Of a DNA stretch of 64,000 bases, positions 44,001 to 56,000 are shown piece by piece. The translations under genes and the position numbers were made by a program. The stretch spans positions 353,707-417,706 of the forward strand of contig NMRA01000029.1 in the NCBI GenBank assembly GCA_002633005.1. The letters run 5' to 3'. The notes under the pieces are model-generated. The model saw only the letters and a program-made list of their open reading frames with translations. It was not told the DNA's origin and did not search any database. Numbering within the stretch: the first letter of the stretch is position 1; every line of letters begins with the position of its first letter. This stretch comes from Phoronis australis. Lineage: Eukaryota; Animalia; Phoronida.

Positions 44001-47000
44001 GGAGTTCTATGGGTAGACCTCAGTGCGCATACGTTGGTTAACTTTCACACTAAAGAAATGGTCCAGGCACGAGTCAGAAAAGGTTGTTGGATTAACATAT
44101 TCAGCACACAGTTGACTTCATGCAAGATGAAAATATAGTCAACTTCCTGACAGTGTTCATTTCCTTATTAGGAAAGTCATGTGAGTTGACTAGCCTGACA
44201 GGTGTCGCATCAGTTCTACATGCATTTATTAATGAATTAATACCAACGCAGTATATGAGCATTTGATGCCTCTCATTCAGTGGAGAAAACTGGTTCTCAG
44301 AATTCAGGCACGTTATATCAGACCATTATCTTATATAAATACATAAACTAAACACCTACCAAGGGAGGTAGTGGGGATGCATCGCCTATAGTGACGTTGA
44401 ATTGACCTGCCCAGATGCGGTTCGAGTTGATTTGGACTGCAGCTCCGACGTAATGTCCTGTACCGACTAATGAAGAGTCATTCTTCACCCACATGACTAC
44501 CTTGAATTTCAGTAGGCTGTCATCGGCTGCAGTCGAGCCAAGACGTGCTATAATTGCAATAATGCATATTTCATATAAATCTGTTTTGAAGTTACGAAAC
44601 AAAAGGGCTACCAGAAACATCCTTAACCTCTAGTTAATTAAAGATATCACCATAAAAATAGCTTAAAATTTGGGATAATTTCTCAAATAGATGTTTTTTC
44701 CATTTATCGAATTACTGTAGAAAATTGCCGCAAGATGTCGGATGACATTTCTTCAATACAACACAAAGGTTTCTGTGAGCTTATTTTAACTACAAATTTG
44801 ATAAATTTGAAAAATGGCACTTCGCTTTCATAATGTGTCTTCAACCAAAGAATTTAACGGTACTTTCAGAAATGTAGACAAAGGCCATGCAGCAGATTCC
44901 TCAGGTGAAACCGCAAAAGTACCACAGTATAATTAAAGGAGAATGCCACCCGATTTTTTTTAGTCTTTTTTACCGTCTTAATCAGTCTATATCCATGTCG
45001 CCTCTTACATGGTCGACCTCACCGTGCTGAGAGCTGTCGCGTTAACCTGTGAGGAAGATGAGAAATGACGCAGCGACGTCAGTGGTTTGTCTGCAGAGTG
45101 AATGCCACTATATTGTGGTGCATTGTTCCTGTTTGTCCGAACTATGAAGCTGCGAAGAATGCGGGTGTATCAATTTTTCGACTTCTGCGAGAGCCCGAAA
45201 TGCTTAGGAAGTGGCTCGCGGTAGTGAAGAATGAAAGGCATGCTGTTAATAGCAAGTATGAGGCCGTGAAACATCTCCGTGTCTGTGGCCGGCATTTGAT
45301 CGACATTGATTTCTATGACGAATTCCAGCTTACCAAAGAACTATCCATACATTCCGTTGCCTGTGCATGTTCACGGCGCCTCTCTAGTATTTCTTGATCA
45401 GTGCATCCCAATTTGTAATGCCTTTGCAGTATTCGTGAGTGCAAATGTTGAGAAGCCAGCAATGATTAAACCACTGCGTTACCGGGTTTTGATGTCGGCA
45501 ATCAAAGTAATTGACCGGGCACCGAGGCCGTGTGAGCGCATGCTAATTCAGTTTTGATGACAGAAAGCTGTTATGAAACAATTACTCGATTTTATATGCT
45601 ATGGTCACATGTTAGGGGAATCTTTACTTAGAAATACAAATACATTATTCAAATCATTGTTACTGTACAACCTTTGCCCTGACGATCTATGGAAGGGGAA
45701 CCCGACTTCGCGGCTCTCGACAAGTATGTAGATTTTCAGTTTCGTGGCTAATTCACATAAATAATTACGTGCAAATTATTTCTTTGGCTCACTATTATAG
45801 TCTTTTCGTGACTGGAGGTTTAGTTTCCAATTCAAGTCGGTTTATGTTCGTGCCAGTCCCGGCAGCCGCGATGGGCCTGGATCCGGTTCTGATCGGCCGG
45901 CATAACAAGCGTTTTGTGTGTTTAGAACTAACTCTAGTCTAAACAACACAGATCTAAGTTCTCCTGTCTGTATTTCAAAGAAGAATACTTCGAATTTATC
46001 TCTGAACAGACCCCAAACTCCTGCCGAACTTTGTAGGCTACGGTGTGTCCAACTACCAATAAATCCGTAACGGCGAACTAAAACAACGCGTTTTTATAAG
46101 AACTCAGAGTATTTTTAAGGGTTTTACATCGAAGTTTGATGATTTATTGGTGTTAAACGATGAATTCAAGCGACAAGCTGACACCAGTAACCCGTGTTGT
46201 GAACTGCTGAATAGACTGCGTGTGAAACCAATGACGTCATTGGATAATTTCAACACCACCGTCTGCCGTCAGGTAACGCAACCGAACGTGCCGTTATCGA
46301 GTAGAACTACTTGATCTAAATTGATTCAAAATAGGTTGTTTTTTGGGTGGCATTCTCCTTTAAATGCAGTAAGCCCATATTCAAACTGTGGTTCCCTTTG
46401 CTCATAGTCTCACTAATCTGAACTGCTTATGTAACTTAATTAACTCTTTGCAATAAAAAAATTCATTTGTCAGGGTTCAGCGCCCCTATCAGTGGTGAGT
46501 AGTAACATACTTATTTTAATGTGTCACCGAGACTTGTTTGCCAAAACTTGAGACAAGTTTGAATGGTCTGCAAAAACAGCGACCAGCTTTGAAAAAGCCA
46601 TCGCCACAATGTTTCTTCAGCTTTAAATCAGGTTCAACAACATCTAACCGCATAAGTAGATCGAGTGACATGGCACGCACAGGAGCACTTACAGTACAAG
46701 CCAAAAGTATCAAGTCAAAATGACCATAATTTGTCGTCATGACGACTGGGTGGAAGCCAAAGACATTGTCTTCCCTCTTGACCAAGAATGACAAGAAATT
46801 CAGAAAGGTTGCTAAACCATTCTACAAACAGAATTTTGCCGCCCTAATAGTTATTACATGTAATTTTTTGCAGTTAACAGATTTAACCGTCATCACGGGA
46901 AAACAGTATTTTGTATGGTTACTTTAGTCTTGTACTGTTAGGAAAGGTAAACAGCAAAGCCTATTTGAACTCAAGGTCAGCTGGTACAATGCTTCTGACA

Positions 47001-50000
47001 TGTTTGTTGGTGCTTGCTTCATTCCGACACGTCTGAGTCATCAGTAGGAGGACACCAAGTAAATTTGGATTAAAATCATACTCACTAGCTTGCACGACTG
47101 TGCCTAAGTCCAGAGACACTTTGTAATTCCACATTTGGCCCGTACGTTGATGAAATGATTTAGTGCCAGCATTCCTATCGAGTAGGCCATCATAGCTGAT
47201 CCCATGAGATGTCAACCCTATGTCCTTCACAGACATTACTTCAGACACACTTTCATTGACTTCTGAGTAGACATCAAGGATAAGCTTTGTAGAAATATCC
47301 TTCAGAGTGACATTCAGCATAAATTCTGCCATTCGACCAATTTCGACAGAGCTCGGTCCGCCTAGATTCACTTCGGGCAGTTGTGAAGTTTCTTTCTGAA
47401 AATTTATCAACATTGCTAACTAAAAGTAAAATAGTTAGAAGTATAGACCGTAATTACATGAGGACAATATACAACTCTTCACCTGATTTAATATCAGTTT
47501 CTGTCTAGTGATGAGATGGCGTACCGGCAACAACAACCAAAAAACAAGGGTGCAAGGCACAGTGTACCTCTAAAACGCATACAAAGCAACAACGTGAAAG
47601 GTTACTTGAGTGGTGAAACCTACAACTCAGAACAAACTAAATTTGTGCACAAAATGTGCATGGCTAGTCATCTCACCATTTAGTTTTTATCAACGAGATC
47701 ATTGCGGGCTTAGCTATTCAAAACCTATAATGGGTAATAAAATAATGGTCTTCTCATCCAGGACCATAAACCCTTTGTTAAGCTTTGTTTACTTACACAG
47801 GTCAACCGAGACAGTTGTAAGGGTTCTCAAAAAACTATTCACTAACCTTACATGTCAAGGCCTATTGTGTGTGAACGACACCCATGAATTACAACAAACC
47901 ATAAAATTTTGAGCCACAAAGATGACTAGATAACCCTACCAAACCCAAAACAATGACTTCCAGCAGGGATGAAGCAAACTTCAACTCCGATTGAATACGT
48001 AACATTAAAGTAGCTAAACCCGAGTTTGGAAAATGAAATTCACGTGAACCGATTTTTGTATTTTAAATCGAAACGAATTATGACCATTGAACGGGGAACA
48101 AAAAATCCCCAAAGCTGTGAGTTCTCGCATTATCTAATAAAAACCTCAAAATATTTGAAAGTGCTTATAAACCCACTTTCAGTCACAAAAAACAACCTTT
48201 GTTTTAGACCATTTAACCTTAATTAGTCTCAAACTATTCCTTAGTGAAAATGGGTCTGATTTCTAAGCTTGGAAAGAACTGACTGTTCATAAATTGCTTA
48301 AGGCAAGGTTCCTCAAGTTGACTTGTAAAGTCATGTCATTTTATTCAGATACCACGGTCTCTGGCTATAAGGAACAGTCAGCTCTTTGCAAGACCATAAA
48401 TCACTTCTCATCTTTAGTTAGTAATACACAAAAAAGAATCAAGTTGAGACCAATTTTACAGCGGCAAGGGGTCTATATCAAACTTTTAATTTCTCCGATG
48501 TGAATTAGGTTTAGTGTCGCTTTAATTGGTGTCCGAAGAGAAATCTGAAACATTGGCAATTTGCCAATGACCTCAACGTGCTTGAGAAAAAAAATTCAAA
48601 TCAAACTCGTAAAACCTTGAATAATTCAAATATCAATTCGTAAAACTTCAGAACCTATGAACATAAGATAAAACAAGGATTCAGCAACTTTAGGTCAGCC
48701 TAGCTCAAAGCCCTATTTTCACTGGTATATTAAGTATCATCACCAAAGCATAACTCACATATCTGCTCACTAGGTGGCACAAATAAACAAAGGCCCATCT
48801 TTTTACTTTTAATAGATTGAGAGCAGAAATAATCACCATGAGACCGTTGGTGGGATAAGGGACACATGTTTATACAAGAGTGAACAGGAAATGACCAATG
48901 GCAAAAAAGAGGAAAATTTTCCAGGTATTGTTATTGTTCCACAAATAGGCTTGTGTAATAGAAATATTTTTTGTGTTGTGAAACTTAACAGAAACAAACA
49001 TTTTTGCATGAACGAAGTAAAGATAAACACATAAAAAAGAGACGAAAAAAGAGGAAACTGGAAATCAAATATGAGGAAATAGAAACCAAAAAAGAGGAAA
49101 TTCTTTTAAGAGAGGAAAATTCCAAGCCATGAATGAATCTTGTTCCATTTGCAACACTTAATAAATTTCAAGTCCCCATTAATTTAAAGTGAAAGTTTGG
49201 CAAAGGATGACTTCCAACATGGTATAATACATTCACTCACATCAGTCAACACGGCCATGGAGGTTTGCCCAATCCATATCTCGCTTCCGTTGGTGTGCTC
49301 CAGACCAGCACTGATCCAATGAGAGCTGGCATTTGGAAGCGAGTTACTAATGTCCAACACCACAGCATCAAAGTCGATGAAAATAGCACTGTCGTTGTAG
49401 TTACTGGCCGAGGCCACTGTGTTGTTGATATCGCCAAAGTTAAACACAGCGTGGTTGTTCTTGATAAAAAAGAGATATCAACTATTAGTGATGAAATGAA
49501 TGACCAGAATAACACAAACTGCATTCTCTTACTTGCAAGTGCTGAAGTGTTAAAGAACAATCAAAGCCATCCAATATTGACATTTTGATATTAATACAAT
49601 ATTTCAAGGGTCAGGTTTTAATAGCCAATTTTAATTTTTCCGTTTTATCAAGCAAAGCACCTTATCTGATGTGTTAACCCTTGAGGATAACGTAGGTGTG
49701 ACTGCGGACAAGTCACCGATACTCCCCACCAAGTTGCTTCCTACATGTGACACCTTGGCACCATAGAGCATCATGACAACCACAGACTCATTGATAGGAG
49801 TGAACAATTCAGCGACCACAGACTCAGTATTCCCTGCAGGGAGATGGATGGCAGCTCTTAGTGAAATCCGTTTCCCGATACTGATGGCAGTGACTTCCTC
49901 ACCAGCTCCCATCTTGGTAAAATAGAACGCTACGCTGCCAGGAACAGCAGGCCCAGTAAAATTTATCTGAAAACACATAATTGCATAGATAAGTTAAGAA

Positions 50001-53000
50001 AATAATTACAACATACATTTTTGTTTCTACATAATTATTCAAATAGTGGTGATGTGTAGTTTGTAATGATATTAGAGTTCACCAAAATTAAATTACCATA
50101 AAGTGCTATAGACAAAATAAGGTATTTTCAATAACTATTAATAATGCAATGACCATAAATATAAGGCCATACCTTTTCTTTCATGGATGGAGAGGAAAAC
50201 ATGGAAAATAGACACTTGTACTATTGACATTGACATGCTAAAACCACAGTCCATGGACACATTGAATGTTGAGACATAAAAAATGCTATCAAAATGTGTT
50301 GTGAATTTTATATTTAAATCAGCACTTTTATTCATGCCAGAATGCAAATGGTCCAGAAATAGAGAATCCCACATGAGTCTCAGATTTATGACATGGGCAA
50401 AACCTCTTGGAAATTCCATCAAAGCTCCAAGGCTTCCGATGAATTTTGACAAAATTTCCAAGAAATTTTGCCCATATCATGAACCTGAGATGAGCGTAGG
50501 ATTTGTTTACTCACAAGAACCGTAAAAACGATCTTTTTTGCGAAAAAACTTGACGTGTCTAAAACTTTCAACCACATGACGCAACTTTTGTACAAACACG
50601 CTTGCGCAATGATGTAAAGTAATTCATCAGTTACTTTTTGTTGATAGTTTTATTCTAAGTTTAGCAATTGTAAATTGCATCCAGCTTTCGCAGCAAATAT
50701 TCAAGTTTGAATCTAATAATTATAGTCTTTGAACTTGTAATGTTAAAACTTAAAAATGTTTTTAAATAACAGTCAACAAGGCTTCCCTGCGCGGGAGAAT
50801 TGAATCGACCTTGACAATCTCGCCGCGTTTCTAGAGTTGGGACTCGTCTCCATTTGAATGAAGGCGAATATAGAATTCGACACTGAAGACGGATCCGCTT
50901 AAGAAGTTGTTTGCATGTCCTTCCAACTGGGAGTACGTACAGTTGCAGCACCCGATTTGTCAATCATAAACTTGTCACCTTCGCGGAATTCCGGCATTGG
51001 TTGGCTCACGTTTGGTTGTTTTAGTGTTTTGCAGCAACAAAATGCAAGGCGCATGGATGTCTACTTTACACTATTTTGTGATTTGCCCATGTAATATCAA
51101 AAAATTAGTACGTACTCGGTGTTATTAACCAGTCATTTCGTAACACATTCCAGGTCATGTCAGAATATAACATAATGGCCTTATTTTTGATGTAAAGCCA
51201 TGCTAGACTATATAAGTCAATAGTCTAATATATGATATTCTTCACCTATGTAGTACACAGTATGGCTGACAAAGGAAATCTCATTTCCTAACATTTCTCG
51301 AGAACAATAAAGATCAGAAAATTTTGGTATAACTTGTTGAAGAAATTACACTCGCACCGAAACTTGCATTCATTATGTCCTGTTTGGGAGAAAAGCATCC
51401 AAATCAATGGACCAATAGGCAATTGTCTATTAGCAAGCAATATAGGGCTGTCCCGGAGTACATGCAGGTAAAACTATCCTTTGTCTTGGAGTAAAGAAAG
51501 CGCATGACCTTCTTTTGGAAATCAGGCATATTTGCGTGTCTTTCATTGATGTCGGGAAGGTGAAGAATTTCACATCCCACATCCACGGGTATTTATCCAG
51601 TTTATCAAACTTTCTCACATCGGTGTTGCAGCCCACAGCACAGCAATAATACCTCATCAGCAATGGAAGGATAGACAGAGTAATGCAATTGAGAAAAACT
51701 TGTAAAGAATCAGACAACAAATAACATGAGAAACTTATGAAAACAAGACAGCAAATGTGCCTGATGGATGTTTAAGGCATTGTGGGTAAATACCGCGAGA
51801 TTCAATGTTGCTGTGTAATCTGGGACTGTCCTATTGTCTACTAGAAAGCAATCTGTTCAAATGTTATATCACACCCAGAAGTCGGATGATACAACAACCA
51901 TTGGCCAAGTTTATATGGCATTGAAGATGTCATTAAACAACAATTGGGTAAGTTGCCGTGACTTTTAGATGGACACTTTTGGCAATTATTTTTGTGCAAA
52001 ATAATGAAAAATTACCATACCAAGTTTTACAGAACAGTTTACAATGTTTTCATAAAGCCTCAATTTGCTAAATAAAATTAGCTGCAAAACTCTAGCTAGG
52101 ATCGATGGTCAAACCCCTGACCTAAAAGTAAATTCCAATTTTTATATTCAATTTGATGAAAAGGCAACTTGCATACCATATAAATGTTTGTAAACTATTA
52201 CTTTAAGGAATGGCAATTAGGTCTGACCAATTACAATACATATTTGTGTTGGTCTCTAAAATATTCCTATCAGTCTTGCGACACGTCGATATGAGTGCAA
52301 TGGAACAAGACTTACAGCCCATTGAGCCCAATGTCACCAATTTCAGACAAAATTGTCAAAATTGATTTTTTTAATTTTTCAAGGACTCCTAAATTTGTTG
52401 TGAATCCCCACAAATTTTCAAAATATTTTCTTCTAGTAGCTACTGTACACGGCAGACCTTGGATAAGACAAAAAATTGGTAAACACAATTTCACCTTAAC
52501 GCCATATAAGGTGTCCAAAACTGGCTAGATTTTACTATGGTCTTTAAAAATGTTACTTACATCACGTCTGTGACGATCTAACACTTCCTCCTTGTTAGGT
52601 ACAATGTTTAAAGTCATGGTAGCCACACCAGTGACATCTTTTGTGCAGGGGTGAATGTTGCGTGCTTCAACAACAAGAGTTTTCTCAGCCACGTAAATAT
52701 CTCTCGTGGAACGAATATCTCCAGTGGACTCATCAATGGAAAACTCGTCCGTTTCCGAAGACAAGATGTAGTGAATGCTGGCACACGAACATTTTCCGCT
52801 GTTACATGTGTTGACGAAGTCCTCATCGTCAGCGCTGACTGTGTACACCAAACTACCCACAGACAGAAATGGCTGCGTCACAACAGTTGCAAAGGACTCG
52901 TGAAAAGTTGGATAAAACTTGTTGTCTGAAAATCATTGAGGAGTGTTGAAGGGCGTCAAGGTTACACGGACAAAGTAAAGCAAAGTCTTAATAACTTAAG

Positions 53001-56000
53001 AGCAATGCAAAGCTTCCACGGGTGTTTATTAGCATCACGTAACATATAGAATAAAAATGTCACTAGGGAAAACAGCTCGAGTCAAATTAACAATTAAAGT
53101 GGCTTGATCTCTTAACTTTTTTACAAAATTTCGAGAACATCCGTCATTGGAGCTCAGTGTAGGACGACATAGAACCATGCGATAAAAAACCCTAACCCTC
53201 AACTGGAATATACATATTCTAAATTTCATCAAGAGCTAAGGAACTTGGTAGATATAGATACACAGGCAAAATTACGAATTGCTACAAGCCATATATCTAA
53301 CAGAAACCTATCTGCTAAATTTCATGAAAATCTGTCAAGAAACTCGGTAGATCATGGGCGGCGCACCATAGACCCTATTCACGCCGACAGGAGGCGCATT
53401 CCAAATCGAGGCTCGCTACGATGCTCTGTTAGCTTATCGGCATAGTTCTGTCAGATGTTTCAGACCGTGTTGTTCCGCGAACGGCTAGAAAAAATACGGA
53501 CATGCAACTGTCTGCTTCACAATCTCTACAGACGTTGAGATTCGGAAGCGTTGGGTCGTTGCCGCGACGATGCAACATATGTCCGTGTAAAATTTATGAA
53601 TGTTTTCGAAAAGTTAGATCATATTTTGTCGCATGTCGGTCAGTTGTTCCCGTAACGACCGGAGAATGGGCCAGCCAGGCTGTGTTTTCATGACTACGGA
53701 TTTAGGGGGGGGGNTTATTATATCAGAATTGTCACTGTATCAATGAAACAAGCTGACACTCTTGTCAAGGAAAGTGGACGCGTGAAATACACAAAAACGT
53801 AAATAAACGACGACTATGTAATTTACCATAAGCGACACGAAGTTCAAATAAGCCAGTTTAAAAAGGACATGAATGATTAGTTTTTAAGTTCTATGTTTCA
53901 CTTTACGGTGGTTAAATATTTATACTCGTAATTTTTGTATTTTTTTCCTGAAAGAACATTGTGCAAGAGCTGCGCACAAAATGAGGTAAAATTCTAGCAA
54001 GACACTTACAGCCGATTTCATAAAGATGGTTTAAAGTTAAACCTGGTTTTAACTGGACTTAGACCAGGTTTAAAGATAATCTGCATTTCGTAAAAGTGAT
54101 TTAACTTTTAGACCAGTGGTCTAATAATACCTGGTTTAACTCCAGTTTAGACCTGGTCTAAGTCAGTTTTCATTTCACCAACGAGGTAGCTATATTCTTT
54201 AAACCTGTATTAAGATCTTAAACCATGTTTAACTTTAGACTTGGTCAGACCCAAGTTTAACTGTTAAATATGTCAGACTTGCATGATAAAGGTACAACTG
54301 AATGATGCCGCGGAGAGTATTTGCAACGCAGTTTTAGAGCGAAAATGGACTATTTGAGTCAGTTTTACTATGACACAGGGGCGAATCCAGGATTTTTAAA
54401 GGGGGGACGGTGAAGGACTTTTTGAAAAGGGGGGCCAAGTCAACAACTTGAAAATTATAGATTTGGTATCACTAAAATCAAGGGAAAAAGGGGGCTCCGC
54501 ACCCCTTGACCCCCGTACGTGGATCCGCCTATGCGTAGACCAGTACTTGCTGGAGTGCGGATTTCTTAGAATGCGACTGGTCGAGCAGGGCGTCATCGTC
54601 GTAAGCGCTACGGATTTGACTAAAGACAGCATCTTCTGATTCTTCTGACTGAGTTCCACCTCCACTGTTCTCCGATATAACCCCAGAAGGCCCAGATGTT
54701 CAAAAATGTACTTAAAAAATTGTTTGAGCTCAAAAACACTTGAAGTTAGGTCACTAGATGATGAAAAAAACATTAAAAGAAAAATTGCACTCAATGACCT
54801 CGTTTTGTGCAATGTTGAAATTTTGCAACACTGGGAGCTGACAGTAGCAAATGTCCAATATTTATCAAGATATTTATTTATGAAAATCACTACAAAAGAA
54901 CATAAGATGAAACACTTTTGATATAACAATTACTCTAATTATCAGCAAAAACTCTTCCAACTTTCCTTCTGCTCAATTTCAGATAAGTTTGTTATACTCG
55001 TAAAATCAGGTACTTGTAAAGTTTAGTAATTCGCATACAATTCTTGTAATAAAGTCAACACAGTGTGTTCAGAGAACTCTTCCATAGCCTCTATGGGTCA
55101 CTGATTCTCACTGTTGCATCTAAACACCATACAATTTAGTTGTAAAAACTAAATGCGATACAGACAGAAACAGTTTTTTGTGAAATGAAGTGTTTCTCGC
55201 ACACACTTCCGGTATTCCGTCAACACAGTACTTGCAATGATCTCCTTTACCATTTTTTATGGGTCAACAACCCACACCATTGTAGCTAACGTCACCCGGA
55301 ACAACTTTTTTTTTGTCGTCTTTGTTGGTGCATGTTTTGGCTACTTAACCTCATCCAACAATGGCTGGTCTCACTTGGGAGCTTTGCACAGTGATGTCGC
55401 AATATGGGCCTGGAAAGTTCTCAGCTTCGCGAGCTCACCTTCGGGCTTTGAAGAGCACATTTTTGGTACATAAACCAAAGATTGACCACAACAAAGGTAT
55501 AATGTACCAGAAAAGGTACAGATACCACCTTCCGAGTGTAATGTCGTAGTTGTACTATGCTGACAGGGCATCCAACAGGTCGAGACCACCATAAACTTAT
55601 TGCACTGGCTTCACACGAAATGTCCTTGGAATTTAGACATGGGCCTTAGAGCGTTTGCCCCATATTCTTACATTATCAGTTGGGCTAGCACCAACAAAAG
55701 GTGACTTGATAGATACTGGCTTGTTGCCATACCAGTGCACAATGCAGATGTTTTCGTCGACCTTGACTTTTTCTTCAAATGAACATCTTCCTTATTTTTT
55801 GAGACTGTACGCATGGATACGATTGGCTCATATACTAGTATTGGTTCATCGTCACTGTCAGAGCTTTCATAATCGCCACCAAGTCACGCTCATCTCCAAA
55901 AAATGTGACACATCACCCAACTTGAGGGTTTTCCTTGTCGTTTTGACTCTAAAAATCAATCAGTAAATCGATTAACTCATTCAATTAAGGTACTACATTA

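Noticed and set aside
50070-52260. Possible termini (TTAGAG...CTCTAA) for the element carrying the third THAP
   Set aside because: Similarity is too short and weak to define TIRs or a TSD.
54396-54929. 177-aa minus-strand ORF
   Set aside because: It crosses three different repeat elements, has no recognisable domain and no supporting splice structure.
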